Made by a program: the position numbers and the translations under genes. From contig JBAZUH010000001.1 in NCBI GenBank assembly GCA_041661545.1, forward strand, positions 339,877-403,876: a stretch of 64,000 nt of DNA, written 5' to 3'. This DNA comes from Candidatus Staskawiczbacteria bacterium. Lineage in GTDB: Bacteria; Patescibacteriota; Minisyncoccia; Minisyncoccales; Staskawiczbacteraceae. The notes beneath the pieces are model-generated. The model did no database searches, was not told where the DNA came from, and saw only the letters and a list, made by a program, of their open reading frames with translations. Below are positions 36,368 through 46,082 of this stretch, in pieces (position 1 is the first letter of the stretch; every line of letters begins with the position of its first letter).

Positions 36368-37330
36368 TTAAGAAAGTGCTTCCGCACCAGCACTAATTTC
36401 TGAAATTTCTGTGGTAATTTTACTTTGTCGTGATTTGTTATATTGTAAATTTAAATTATTTCCTAAGTCAGAAGCATTGTCACTTGCCGTTTTCATGGCC
36501 ATACGTCTTGCTGAATGTTCACTTGCATTAGCTTCTAATATTAAATGGTAAACTTGTATAAAAAATAAATGTTTTGCTAATTTATTTAAAACCTCTTCTG
36601 CTGACGGCTCAATTAAAAAGTCTTTAGAATTGGCTTTGTTAGGCACAAAATTTATATTATGCTCTTTAATTAAATCAGCAAACTTTCCGCGTTCTGGAAT
36701 AATTTCTTTAACTGTGTCGGCTATATGATCAAAATCAATTGGTAAAATTCTTCTTACGTGAGTTTCTTGTTTTAAGGCACTTCTAAAATGAGTTGATACT
36801 ACAACAACCCTATCCCAGCTCTCATTTATATATCCATCTACTAAAAAATCTACTATTGGGTGAATTTGCTCTGTGGTTGTATAGTCACCCACTGATACAA
36901 ACTTTTTAACAACGTTAAAATTTTTCTTTGATAAATAATTAAATGCTTTTTCTCCTACAGCCATATATATATGTTCTTCCCTTGTCGCGCCAGAACCTTT
37001 GGCAGAGGCAGGGTATTCTTTTTGATGTTGTTCAAACTTTCTAAAAACAGAACTATTAAATGCACCAGCCAACCCTTTATCTGAAGAAACTAAAACAAAT
37101 AAAACTTTTTTTACATTTCTTTTATTAAATAATTCCGGCAATTTTGCAGAATCCAAACTAGATATTGTTGCCAAAAAATCAAGTGCCGCAAAAGCATAGG
37201 GCCTGCTGGCAAGTGCTATCTCCTGCGATTTACGCATTTTGGTAGCAGCCACCATTTCCATGGCCTTTGTAATTTTATTTATGTTAGAAACGCTTTTTAA
37301 ACGCTTCTTAATATTCTGCGGTGATTCCAT
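36368..37330 (-). CDS. atpG: F1 ATP synthase gamma subunit
   Basis: IKKRLKSVSNINKITKAMEMVAATKMRK and the C-terminal ITTEISEISAGAEAL. Confidence 0.9.
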   Translation of the reverse strand: MESPQNIKKRLKSVSNINKITKAMEMVAATKMRKSQEIALASRPYAFAALDFLATISSLDSAKLPELFNKRNVKKVLFVLVSSDKGLAGAFNSSVFRKFEQHQKEYPASAKGSGATREEHIYMAVGEKAFNYLSKKNFNVVKKFVSVGDYTTTEQIHPIVDFLVDGYINESWDRVVVVSTHFRSALKQETHVRRILPIDFDHIADTVKEIIPERGKFADLIKEHNINFVPNKANSKDFLIEPSAEEVLNKLAKHLFFIQVYHLILEANASEHSARRMAMKTASDNASDLGNNLNLQYNKSRQSKITTEISEISAGAEALS

Positions 37331-37338
37331 GTTTTCGT

Positions 37339-37413
37339 GTAACGCGTAATGTGTAACATGTAACGCGTAATTTTTTGTTTTTCTGGTTACCGATTACTGT
37401 TTACCGGTTACTC
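37339..37413. repeat. GTAAC/GTTAC inverted 12-mer array, copy X2
   Basis: gtaacgcgtaat appears twice, 21 nt apart, followed by a T-rich spacer and ggttaccgattac / tttaccggttactc. Confidence 0.65.
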
Positions 37414-37421
37414 AATTTATA

Positions 37422-37450
37422 TTGACAAATTTTTATAATGGGTATATTAT
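37422..37450 (+). promoter_or_regulatory. Promoter of island B (TTGACA-N17-TATTAT)
   Basis: TTGACA at 37422-37427, a 17-nt spacer, and TATTAT at 37445-37450. Confidence 0.55.
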
Positions 37451-37498
37451 TTTGATACGAGCAATTCCGCTCTTTCCCAACTTTAACCGGAGACAATC

Positions 37499-37681
37499 AT
37501 GAAAGTCAAATATGTCTTGGTCGTAAAAAGTCGCGATGGAACATACGTCGTAGACGAACATGAAATATACGGCGATGATGCCATGCAACGCGCCCTATCA
37601 GCTACAACAACTCTCATCCAAAGCTGGGTTATCCGTGACAGAAAGAAATTCGTTTCGCTCACAATCACCTCACACGAATAA
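37499..37681 (+). CDS. Island B orphan protein B1 (60 aa)
   Basis: First ORF after the promoter. G+C is higher than in the atp genes and the strand is opposite to them. Confidence 0.5.
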   Translation: MKVKYVLVVKSRDGTYVVDEHEIYGDDAMQRALSATTTLIQSWVIRDRKKFVSLTITSHE

Positions 37682-37699
37682 ATCAGAAGGACCAAAATC

Positions 37700-37861
37700 A
37701 TGAATCATATCCTTAGTATATTCGCTCTCGTTGTATTTACAATCGGAGCAATCTTTTTAACAGTGAATAACACCTCCATAGCGACGCTTTGCTTCTCAAT
37801 TTCTGCCGCGATCATGAGCTTTGCCTGCTATTTCAAACTTGATGATAGGCCAAAATCATGA
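37700..37861 (+). CDS. Island B small membrane protein B2 (53 aa)
   Basis: MNHILSIFALVVFTIGAIFLTVNNTSIATLCFSISAAIMSFACYFKLDDRPKS has two hydrophobic helices. Its stop overlaps the B3 start (ATGA). Below the track cutoff. Confidence 0.45.
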   Translation: MNHILSIFALVVFTIGAIFLTVNNTSIATLCFSISAAIMSFACYFKLDDRPKS

Positions 37862-38067
37862 AAGAACTAATCGGAAAGCTTGTCAGAATAACCCTTTCCG
37901 CGCCCAGTGGAAATAACATCGTAACCTATGAAGGGTGGGTTTGTTGTGTTGAAGGAAGCATGGTTAAGTTAAAAGGCATGGTGGTCCTCAGTCAAGGCAG
38001 GATGGATTGCAATCCAACATGGTTCAACACTACTTCAAAGGACCTCCGGACCATAGAAGAGCAATAA
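37858..38067 (+). CDS. Island B orphan protein B3 (69 aa), possibly a small beta-barrel (Sm-like pattern)
   Basis: LIGKLVRITLSAPSGNNIVTYEGWVCCVEGSMVKLKG loosely fits an Sm1-type hydrophobic pattern. This is a speculative call. Confidence 0.45.
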   Translation: MKELIGKLVRITLSAPSGNNIVTYEGWVCCVEGSMVKLKGMVVLSQGRMDCNPTWFNTTSKDLRTIEEQ

Positions 38068-38102
38068 TCCCATACATAACCTTGCGATTAATCGCTCGGC
38101 TC

Positions 38103-38130
38103 GCCACGCACGTTCGTGGCTCTTTTTTTT
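38103..38130 (+). terminator. Intrinsic terminator of island B
   Basis: gccacgcacgttcgtggc followed by a T-run. Confidence 0.65.
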
Positions 38131-38167
38131 GAGCGCGAAATTTATTTTTTCTTTAATCGCGCGAAAC
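38131..38167 (+). promoter_or_regulatory. GAGCG-hairpin-CGAAAC motif, copy 2
   Basis: ttttttttGAGCGCG-aaatttattttttctttaat-CGCGCGAAAC. Confidence 0.55.
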
Positions 38168-38200
38168 TCGTCCGAAGCCCTTGGCGAAGGAGGGTTAATC

Positions 38201-39754
38201 CTAATTTTTTTCTATAAAAGAACTGATAACTTTCTTGATTTTTTCTTCTAACTCATCGCTAATTTTCTTTTCTGTTCTTATTTCATCAACAATATCTTTA
38301 TGTAAATTTTCAAAATATTCAATATATTTTACCTCAATTTCTTTCATTTGTTTTGGTTCAAATTTTTCAAAATAATCATTTAAGGCAGCATACAAAACCA
38401 AAACTTGTTTTTCAAAAGCCATTGGGGCTAAATCTGATTGCTTTAAAATTTCAGTAACAATTTTACCTTTGTTAATTCTCTTTTTTGTTGTTTCATCAAC
38501 GTCACTGGCAAATTGAACGAAGGTTTGCAATTCTCTAAATTGAGCAAGCTCTAACCTTAATTTTCCGGCAACTTTTTTCATTGCCTTTGTTTGAGCATCA
38601 CCTCCAACGCGAGAAACCGACAAACCAATGTTAACAGCTGGCCTTGTTCCTTGATAAAACAAATCACTTTCCAAATAAATTTGCCCGTCTGTAATAGAAA
38701 TAACGTTTGTTGGAATATAAGCTGTAACATCGCCCAACTGTGTTTCAATAATTGGTAAAGCAGTTAAACTGCCACCTCCTTTTTCTTTAGAAAGTCTTGC
38801 AGCTCTTTCTAATAAGCGGGAATGTAAGTAAAATACATCTCCAGGATAAGCTTCACGTCCTGGTGGTCTTCTTAAAAGTAATGAAATTTGTCTGTAAGCC
38901 CATGCGTGCTTAGACAAGTCGTCGTAAACTGCAACGGCATCTTTTTTATTATCACGAAAATATTCTCCAATAGCACATCCTGCAAATGGTGCTAAATACC
39001 AAAAAGCTGCTGGAGTCGAAGCACTTGCTGAAACCACAACTGTATAAGGCAATGCGCCATGTTTTTTTAATGTTTCAACAATTTTTGCAACTTTAGATTC
39101 TTTTTGACCAATAGCAACATAAATACAAACTGGAGGATTTTTTGGATTATCTTGAATTTGGTTAATTATAACATCCAAGGCAACTGCGGTTTTTCCGGTT
39201 CCCCTGTCTCCAATAATTAATTCTCTTTGACCTCTACCAATTGGAATCATACTATCAATGGCTTTAATTCCTGTATGCAAAGGCGTGTTAACAGATTCTC
39301 TGCCAATAACATTTGGCGCATCGTTTTCCAAGAAATTTAAAACTGGTTTCTCCTTTTCAGAAAAAATTGGACCCTTGCCATCTAAAGGATTTCCTAATGG
39401 ATCAATAACTCTGCCCAATAAATGTTCACCAACAGGTATAGAAAGAATTTGTTTTGTTCTTTTTACAGTTTGACCTGATTTAATTAAAGAACCGTCACCC
39501 AAAATTAAGGCTCCAACAGAATCTTCTTCCAAGTTAAAGGCGACAGCCTTAACTTGCCTCGCCGAAGCTTTAGCGGAGGCGGGTTCTCCATCAATTTCCA
39601 CTATCAAAACTTCTTGGGATTGAACATTGGTTAAGCCCGATATTTTGGCAATACCATCGCCAACTTCAGATATTTTTCCAATTTCTTCCCATTCTGAGTT
39701 GTCTTTATATCCTTCAATGGCTTGCTTAATTTTTTCTATTATTTCTTGGCTCAT
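38201..39754 (-). CDS. atpA: F1 ATP synthase alpha subunit (with a small repeat-derived N-terminal insertion)
   Basis: Walker [10 protein letters not shown] and ITDGQIYLE. The segment [16 protein letters not shown] is encoded by gcctcgccgaagctttagcggaggcggg. Confidence 0.95.
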   Translation of the reverse strand: MSQEIIEKIKQAIEGYKDNSEWEEIGKISEVGDGIAKISGLTNVQSQEVLIVEIDGEPASAKASARQVKAVAFNLEEDSVGALILGDGSLIKSGQTVKRTKQILSIPVGEHLLGRVIDPLGNPLDGKGPIFSEKEKPVLNFLENDAPNVIGRESVNTPLHTGIKAIDSMIPIGRGQRELIIGDRGTGKTAVALDVIINQIQDNPKNPPVCIYVAIGQKESKVAKIVETLKKHGALPYTVVVSASASTPAAFWYLAPFAGCAIGEYFRDNKKDAVAVYDDLSKHAWAYRQISLLLRRPPGREAYPGDVFYLHSRLLERAARLSKEKGGGSLTALPIIETQLGDVTAYIPTNVISITDGQIYLESDLFYQGTRPAVNIGLSVSRVGGDAQTKAMKKVAGKLRLELAQFRELQTFVQFASDVDETTKKRINKGKIVTEILKQSDLAPMAFEKQVLVLYAALNDYFEKFEPKQMKEIEVKYIEYFENLHKDIVDEIRTEKKISDELEEKIKKVISSFIEKN

Positions 39755-40140
39755 AATATGTTATTTAATTTACTTTGCATAGAAGCGTCAAATTGCTGTG
39801 AATTATTAATTATTATTTTGATGCCTGCTATTAATTGGGGGTTAATTTTTTCTTTAACAATGTCTCCTTTATTAATAACTTTTTCCAAAACTTTCTTTTG
39901 ACTTGTAGTTATTGCTCTAGCAGTTTCAAAGGTAATTTTGCGCTTACCTTGTTTGGCTAAAAGCAAATTTTCTGCTAATTCTAAAATTTCTTTTGACCTG
40001 CCTATTTGCCCGTTCTTTTCTAAAAATTTAACAAAATTATTTACTATTTTCTTTTCCTCGGTTGCAGAAACTCCCCCTTTCTTAGAAAGAATTTCCGCTA
40101 AGGCTTTAGCATATAATTTTGTTTTATTTTGTTTCGCCAT
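39751..40140 (-). CDS. atpH: F1 ATP synthase delta subunit (short)
   Basis: Position between atpF and atpA, and the start [10 protein letters not shown]. Confidence 0.7.
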   Translation of the reverse strand: MAKQNKTKLYAKALAEILSKKGGVSATEEKKIVNNFVKFLEKNGQIGRSKEILELAENLLLAKQGKRKITFETARAITTSQKKVLEKVINKGDIVKEKINPQLIAGIKIIINNSQQFDASMQSKLNNIL

Positions 40141-40636
40141 TTTTTACACCTTCAACAGCTTTTTTAATAAGTGCTTCGTCAACGGCTTCGGGTTTTAATT
40201 CAACTGTTTTCACAATGGTTTTTTTGATCAGCTCAACTGCATTTTTCATTACTAGTTCATTTGCCTGTTCTTGTTGCTTTTTGTAATTGTCTTGAATTTC
40301 TTTTTGCAATTTAATTTGGTTTTCCTCCGACTTTTTTTGAAGCTCGTGTTCTAAAAGTTTTGCTTTATTTTCGGTTGCTTTTATTATATTTATTGATGCA
40401 CTTTCGGCTTCTTTTATTTTGGCTTTACTTATAGCATCAACTTCTTTTAACCTAACACCTGCTTCTTCTGCCTTATCTAAACCTTCTTTAATTTTTTTGT
40501 TTCTTTCTTTTAAAATTTTCAAAACTGGGTTGTAAACAAAAAACTTCAAGACTATTAAAATCAAGACAAAATTTACCAATTGGCTTATAAAAAGCTTCCA
40601 ATCTATTCCAAATTGCTCTATAAATGCGTTTTCCAT
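40124..40636 (-). CDS. atpF: Fo ATP synthase subunit b
   Basis: N-terminal TM plus a long charged helix. Position is consistent. Confidence 0.8.
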   Translation of the reverse strand: MENAFIEQFGIDWKLFISQLVNFVLILIVLKFFVYNPVLKILKERNKKIKEGLDKAEEAGVRLKEVDAISKAKIKEAESASINIIKATENKAKLLEHELQKKSEENQIKLQKEIQDNYKKQQEQANELVMKNAVELIKKTIVKTVELKPEAVDEALIKKAVEGVKNGETK

Positions 40637-40652
40637 TAATTTAAACTATTTT

Positions 40653-40880
40653 TTATGTGAACTTTAAGATTAAAGCTATAACTAATGCATAAATACCCAA
40701 AGCTTCAGCAAAAGCAATTGCTAAAATCATGTTTGTTTGAATTTTAGAAGTTGCTTCTGGGTTTCTTGCTATTCCACCCAATGCTGCAGCTCCAATCATA
40801 CCAACGGCTATTGCTGGAGCAAATACTCCAACACCAATTGTTATGGCTGTTGCTAATAATTTCATTGATTCTGCGTCCAT
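40653..40880 (-). CDS. atpE: Fo ATP synthase subunit c
   Basis: 75-aa hairpin proteolipid: GAAALGGIARNP...AFAEALGIYALVIA. Confidence 0.9.
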   Translation of the reverse strand: MDAESMKLLATAITIGVGVFAPAIAVGMIGAAALGGIARNPEATSKIQTNMILAIAFAEALGIYALVIALILKFT

Positions 40881-41007
40881 GTTTTTATTTTTTCTGAATT
40901 TCTAATACAAATTATAAGCTTTATTGGGATTGGTCGCCTATGATTTGTTTTATAAAATTCGGAATTAAATTATTTTTTTTATTAATTTATTATTTAATCG
41001 GGTGAAT

Positions 41008-41742
41008 TTAATGTTCGGTTGCGTGTGATGTAATGCTTGAAGACAAAAATACCAGTGTTAGCATGGCAAAAATAAAAGCCTGAATTGCTCCAAAAAATAT
41101 TTCTAACATCATAAATGGAATTGGCACTATATATGGTAGTAAGAAAAACATAATTATCAATAGTACTTCTCCAGCAAAAATATTTCCAAACAACCTAAAA
41201 GAAAACGATATTATTCTAGAAATTTCAGATAACAACTCTAGCACTCCTACAAAAAAGTTGATTGGATTAGAAAAATTTAAAAACTTCTTTAAATGCGTAA
41301 AAAATCCCAATACCACAACTCCAAAAAAGTTTGTACAAAAAACAGAAATAATAGCTAGTGCCAAGGTAAAGTTTAAATCAGCTGCTGGCGACCTCAACAA
41401 TGGTATGCCCGCTTCTCCGTGCTTTAAAATAAAAGAGCCAACTCCCGGTAAAAGCCCCAACCAATTGGACATTAATACAAAAATAAATATTGTTGCAATA
41501 AGCGGTAAATATTTTTCTGCAGCTACCCTTGTGCCCAAAACCGACTCCATTATGCCTAAAAGTGCCTCTAGGCCCATTTCCACTATGCCTTGCACTTTGC
41601 CAGGAACTAATTTAATTTTACTCTTAAAAGTTATAGAAAAAATTATTAAAAGCAAAGAAACAATTATAGCCAAAATTAGGCCGTTTGTAATATTAAAATT
41701 TCCTATACTGAATATTTCTTCAGCCTTTAATGATATTTCCAT
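41008..41742 (-). CDS. atpB: Fo ATP synthase subunit a
   Basis: SFSFRLFGNIFAGE motif in a polytopic protein. Confidence 0.9.
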   Translation of the reverse strand: MEISLKAEEIFSIGNFNITNGLILAIIVSLLLIIFSITFKSKIKLVPGKVQGIVEMGLEALLGIMESVLGTRVAAEKYLPLIATIFIFVLMSNWLGLLPGVGSFILKHGEAGIPLLRSPAADLNFTLALAIISVFCTNFFGVVVLGFFTHLKKFLNFSNPINFFVGVLELLSEISRIISFSFRLFGNIFAGEVLLIIMFFLLPYIVPIPFMMLEIFFGAIQAFIFAMLTLVFLSSSITSHATEH

Positions 41743-41817
41743 TGCTCTTTGATAATTAAAAAATCAAGTCTATTATATATTAGATTTTCTAATCGTGCAA
41801 GAGAAACAAAAAATTTA

Positions 41818-42165
41818 CTATATAACTTTTACCGGCGTACGTTTTAATTCTTTGTTTATTATAATATAATCTGGGATTGTTTTCGACACTAGCGCCCAAA
41901 ATCTTTTAGAGTGGTTTAATTCGCCCAAGTGGCAAAGCTCGTGAACAATTAAATAATCTGCCAAGGCCGGCCTTAAATAAATAATTTTATAATTAAAATT
42001 TAAATTTCCACGCGAGGAACAACTTCCCCACCTTGTGCTGGTATTTTTAATAGCAATTCTATTTACTTTAAAACCATAAAATTTATTAAAATAATTTATT
42101 CTTTCTGTTGCAAACCTTCTGGCCTGTTCTCTTTTTTTAACAGTAAATCGCCTAAACTTTTTCAT
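41818..42165 (-). CDS. YgjP/DUF45-type (M48-like) metallopeptidase, short
   Basis: RWGSCSSRGNLNFNYKII, and HELCHLGELNHSKRFW (HExxH). Confidence 0.75.
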   Translation of the reverse strand: MKKFRRFTVKKREQARRFATERINYFNKFYGFKVNRIAIKNTSTRWGSCSSRGNLNFNYKIIYLRPALADYLIVHELCHLGELNHSKRFWALVSKTIPDYIIINKELKRTPVKVI

Positions 42166-42277
42166 AAAACTATTCTACCATAAGCTACAAGTCTTGAAAA
42201 TATTTATTTTATTTAGTAATATAGATTTAAACATTCCGGTGTTAAGCTTCAGGCTGACTATGGAGTGTAAACAATTT

Positions 42278-42571
42278 TCCGGTGTAGCTCAATGGTAGAG
42301 CAACTCCCTGTCAATTAGGCAGCCTTCTGCAGGAATGCAGAATGAAAAATGAGGTGAAATCGGGGAAACCCTTTTGGGGCAATCCCGAGCCAAGCCCATT
42401 TTAAAAATGGGAAGGTGTAGAGACTATCCTTTACGGAGTACTAAAAATATAAAATTATATTTTTGGGAAGCGCCTCGCGCCCAGAACGGGCGATGATATA
42501 GTCCACCCCTAAAAGTAATTTTAGGACAATGTGTAAGGAGTGGGTTCTTGGTTCGAGTCCAGGCACCGGAG
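42278..42571 (+). tRNA. tRNA-Asn (anticodon GUU) interrupted by a group I intron in the anticodon loop
   Basis: Exon 1 is TCCGGTGTAGCTCAATGGTAGAGCAACTCCCTGT (ends 42311). Exon 2 is TAAGGAGTGGGTTCTTGGTTCGAGTCCAGGCACCGGAG (starts 42534). The ligated anticodon loop is CUGUUAA, with U1-A72 and G73 as in bacterial tRNA-Asn. Confidence 0.8.
42312..42533 (+). ncRNA. Group I intron (IC3-like), 222 nt, no ORF
   Basis: P1 pairs ctgt|c with ggcag, giving U-G at the splice site. The core gaaatcggggaaaccc...cccgagccaagc...gaaggtgtagagactat closely matches my recollection of the Azoarcus/cyanobacterial tRNA introns (GCCGAGCCAAGC...GAAGGUGUAGAGACUA). The intron ends in G. Confidence 0.8.
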
Positions 42572-42661
42572 CTTTAAAATAAAAACCAAGAGTATTGCCC
42601 TTGGCTTTTGTTTTGTGATAAAATATATCTAATATTTAATAATTAAAATTATTTAAAAAAT

Positions 42662-43237
42662 ATGGATTTAAATTTAAATTTATTAGTAGGGACTTTAACG
42701 GGGCTTACTATTATTTTTTTTCTTAGTAGAGTGGCAAATGAACGAAATCAAAAACCAGAAAAATTAGGCGGAGAAACAATACTAAAACCGTCCAGATTGT
42801 TTTATTATTTAGGAGTTCTTTCGATTATAATTGGGGCGTCTATGTGGTTATTTTTCATTTCAGATACAAATAGAACGAACCAAGCAATAATAGTTATATC
42901 ATTAATTTCAGCGTTTTTTTTATTATCAGGAACCTATCTTTGCGCATATGTAATAAGATATTTTGTCAAATATTCTGAAAAAGGAATCGTTTATCGAGGA
43001 TTGTTTGGCAAAACTAAAGAAATGGATTGGTCAGACGTAAAAAAGATAACTTTTAGCGATATTTCCACATATTTAAAACTGAAGAATGGCCCAATAGTTA
43101 TCAATATATATCCAATGACAAAGGGTTTTGATTCGTTCATAAACAAACTAAAAGAAAAGATTAGCCCCCAATTGTATCAGGAGGCGTTAGATAAAATGGA
43201 AAAAATGATGAAAAAGAGACCAGAAATTTGGTCTTAG
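42662..43237 (+). CDS. Hypothetical membrane protein (191 aa)
   Basis: Three predicted TM helices followed by a soluble tail. Confidence 0.6.
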   Translation: MDLNLNLLVGTLTGLTIIFFLSRVANERNQKPEKLGGETILKPSRLFYYLGVLSIIIGASMWLFFISDTNRTNQAIIVISLISAFFLLSGTYLCAYVIRYFVKYSEKGIVYRGLFGKTKEMDWSDVKKITFSDISTYLKLKNGPIVINIYPMTKGFDSFINKLKEKISPQLYQEALDKMEKMMKKRPEIWS

Positions 43238-43284
43238 AGTTAAAGCATTATATCTTAATCGATTCATAATTTATTAGCATAGAA

Positions 43285-43351
43285 GTTCTGAAATCGGACC
43301 AGCTAGCAAGCCACGGTTTTTTAAAACCACTTCCAAGTGAAGTGGTTTTTT
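43285..43351 (+). repeat. Intergenic TTCTGAAATCG motif plus terminator, copy 1
   Basis: gttctgaaatcggaccagctagcaagcc followed by aaaaccacttccaagtgaagtggtttttt. Confidence 0.6.
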
Positions 43352-43380
43352 AGTATAATTAAATAATTAAATTATTTCTT

Positions 43381-44796
43381 GTGCAAATGAACAATAAATC
43401 TATTCTCAACCAAGTTTTAATTATATCTATTATTATTTTTTTTATTAATATATTTGGATTTATAATTTCCGTGATTAAGTTTAATGCCGACATTACTAAT
43501 TTAAACACGAATATAATAGACTATCCTATTCCTATATTAATTACATTTCTATTATTGCTAGTATCAGTGACTATTACACCTCTTATCGCTGCAACATGTT
43601 ATACAATCAAATATTTACTTGCCGAAGCAGCTATAAACAACAAAATCTTATACATAATAAAAATTATACTTATAGTTTTAATATTCCCTTTATTTATATT
43701 TATAAAAACGATAATTCAAACCATCAAAAAGTTTAAGTTAATGGGCTTTAAGACAACTCTTCAATCCATAACTTTTAAAAAATGCTTGAAAGTAATATCT
43801 GCCTTGATAATAGTAATATTTATTGTCTTTCCTATTTGGACTATATATTATGGGGTCGTTATAGCAATTATTACACAAGATTATGATGTGGAAATTTACG
43901 TCTCGGGTGAATCAAATTCAATGTACCCTACTTTCGGAAGAGAAGTAATAGATAATAGCGATATAAGTTCTTCCCCCAACATGAAACCGTATAAAAAAAA
44001 TACGCCCGTAGGACGGGGCGATATTGTAGATTTTGAGTTTAAAAATGATGACGGCGTAAGGATGCTTATTAAAAGAATAATAGCTATAGAAAATGATAAG
44101 ATTGAATTAAGGGCGGGAATAGTATATCTCAACGGAAATCAATTGTCCGAGCCTTATACATACAAGCCAAGGTCAACATTCGGAAGTTTTTTTCTTAAAG
44201 ATTGCAATGCTATTATTGTCCCCGCAGGTTACGTATTTGTTATGGGTGATAATCGTATGGCAAGTGGAGACTCTAGAGAATTTGGATTTGTTAAAATTAG
44301 CTCAATAAAACATATAATTTCTATAAAAAATCAAATCGGAGTATTGGATAAATACTGGAGAGACACAACAAATGATTTTTCTGAGCAAGCAAAATTTAAA
44401 TTAGATAAAAATGCCTACCTAGATGAATTAAATAAAATTAGACGAAATAATAAAATAAATGAGCTAATATATGATTATAGATTAGCAATATCTGCACAAA
44501 AAATCGGTGAATTATCAGGTTTTGATAGTCTATCCAATGAAGATTTATTAGATTACGCTTTAACCACTATGAAAGAATATGGAAACTATAATGTTGATTA
44601 CTACTATTATGCCATATTTGACGGTCCCGCCACTCCTCAAATGTTAATTGACTCAATAAAATCATCGGAAACCACGAGTTCTGTTCTATTAGAAGATAAA
44701 AATATTTCTGACATAGGTATTGCAGAAATTGAAATAATTACAAATGGTTGTCCAGTGCAAAAAATAATACAATTGGTTGCTTCTGAAATACGATAA
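43381..44796 (+). CDS. lepB: Signal peptidase I (S26) fused to an N-terminal polytopic region and a C-terminal extra domain
   Basis: Catalytic GESNSMYPTF (Ser), IKRIIAIENDKI (Lys), and GDNRMASGDSREFG. Confidence 0.75.
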   Translation: MQMNNKSILNQVLIISIIIFFINIFGFIISVIKFNADITNLNTNIIDYPIPILITFLLLLVSVTITPLIAATCYTIKYLLAEAAINNKILYIIKIILIVLIFPLFIFIKTIIQTIKKFKLMGFKTTLQSITFKKCLKVISALIIVIFIVFPIWTIYYGVVIAIITQDYDVEIYVSGESNSMYPTFGREVIDNSDISSSPNMKPYKKNTPVGRGDIVDFEFKNDDGVRMLIKRIIAIENDKIELRAGIVYLNGNQLSEPYTYKPRSTFGSFFLKDCNAIIVPAGYVFVMGDNRMASGDSREFGFVKISSIKHIISIKNQIGVLDKYWRDTTNDFSEQAKFKLDKNAYLDELNKIRRNNKINELIYDYRLAISAQKIGELSGFDSLSNEDLLDYALTTMKEYGNYNVDYYYYAIFDGPATPQMLIDSIKSSETTSSVLLEDKNISDIGIAEIEIITNGCPVQKIIQLVASEIR

Positions 44797-44865
44797 CTCT
44801 TGCCTGACCGCTATAATATCAAATCTATATTTTTCTAAATTTTTTATAGCACCGCCCAACACAAA

Positions 44866-44942
44866 GTTCTGAAATCGTCCCACTTAGTGAGCTAAGTCAA
44901 GTCGTAAATCAATAAGCCACCTTTTAATTGAGGTGGTTTTTT
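44866..44942 (+). repeat. Intergenic TTCTGAAATCG motif plus terminator, copy 2
   Basis: gttctgaaatcgtcccacttagtgagc followed by aagccaccttttaattgaggtggtttttt. Confidence 0.6.
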
Positions 44943-44990
44943 GATATGATTAAATAATATAATTAAATATAAAAAAAATTCAAGAAAAAT

Positions 44991-45272
44991 ATGCCTTCTT
45001 TAATTTTCATTATCACATTAGCAATAGCGATTTTAGTTGGTATCCTAATAGGTATTTTAGATAGAAAAAAATTTATTAAAAATAAACTATTAGTGAATGT
45101 CTTGCCTGCGTCTAAAAAATTGAATTTAACTATTTGGCTTCTATTCATCGGAGGTCTTGCTATTATAATTTTAGGTATTGTAAGAGATATTAAAATTTTG
45201 GTAGATATAGGAAGTATTTCTTTCGGCATTTCGTTATTTCTATATTTTTTGTTTAGGAAGCAACTCCTTTAA
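44991..45272 (+). CDS. Small membrane protein (93 aa)
   Basis: Three hydrophobic helices. Preferred over the antisense ORF 44963..45229. Confidence 0.5.
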   Translation: MPSLIFIITLAIAILVGILIGILDRKKFIKNKLLVNVLPASKKLNLTIWLLFIGGLAIIILGIVRDIKILVDIGSISFGISLFLYFLFRKQLL

Positions 45273-45416
45273 TCTATTTTATTTAAAAAAATAAGTAATT
45301 AATTCTTAAACAAACTTGCAAAACTGATGTGTTTTTTATAATCTCGGCATCAAAATTATCGCCTCTCGGCCTCTAATTCTGGTTACAACAACTTCCATGA
45401 TGCGGAGTATATATTA

Positions 45417-45446
45417 AAAGCCACCTTTTAATTGGGGTGGTTTTTT
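45417..45446 (+). terminator. Terminator hairpin nearly identical to the one at 44914-44942
   Basis: aaagccaccttttaattggggtggtttttt. Confidence 0.6.
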
Positions 45447-45460
45447 GGTAGAGTAAAAAT

Positions 45461-46045
45461 ATGAAAATAGTTGGCATTTCTGGAAGTCCGAGAAAAAAGA
45501 ATACAAATTATATGTTAGAAACCGTACTTGATGCAACGGGTTTTGACTACGATTTGATTCTCCTTAAAGATAAAAAGATTAAACCCTGCAATGCTTGTGG
45601 CGGATGTTATAAATCTCATAAATGTATTGTTAAAGACGATATGCAAAAAATATATAATAAAATCCTTGACGCCGATATCCTGGTTTTAGGAAGCCCCACA
45701 TATTTTGATAATGTTTCGGCTATTATGAAGTCCTTTATGGACAGATGTCTACCACTTTATCTTTCAGAGGAACTTAAAAGTAAAAAAGTGGCGCTATTGT
45801 CAGTTGGTAATTTTAAGGAAGGCGAAATAATCAAAAATTCAGAAAAGGCAATAAAAAATCCGAATTTAGAAAAAGAAATGAATAATAGTGTCAAAAAGTG
45901 TATTAATGCTATGGAAAATTTTTGTGAAATACTGGGATTGAAATTAGTTGGTAGTGTTATAGCTATAAACGGAAACGCTAAATCAAAACATGATGAATTG
46001 GTTAAATTAGGAAAGAATTTACAAAAACTTTCTAATATCGTATGA
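45461..46045 (+). CDS. Flavodoxin-like NADPH-dependent FMN reductase / iron-sulfur flavoprotein
   Basis: KIVGISGSPRKKNTNYML, CNACGGCYKSHKC, and LVLGSPTYFDNVS. Confidence 0.75.
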   Translation: MKIVGISGSPRKKNTNYMLETVLDATGFDYDLILLKDKKIKPCNACGGCYKSHKCIVKDDMQKIYNKILDADILVLGSPTYFDNVSAIMKSFMDRCLPLYLSEELKSKKVALLSVGNFKEGEIIKNSEKAIKNPNLEKEMNNSVKKCINAMENFCEILGLKLVGSVIAINGNAKSKHDELVKLGKNLQKLSNIV

Positions 46046-46082
46046 CATTTATTCTAAATTATACAAGTCTATCCACCTTAAA

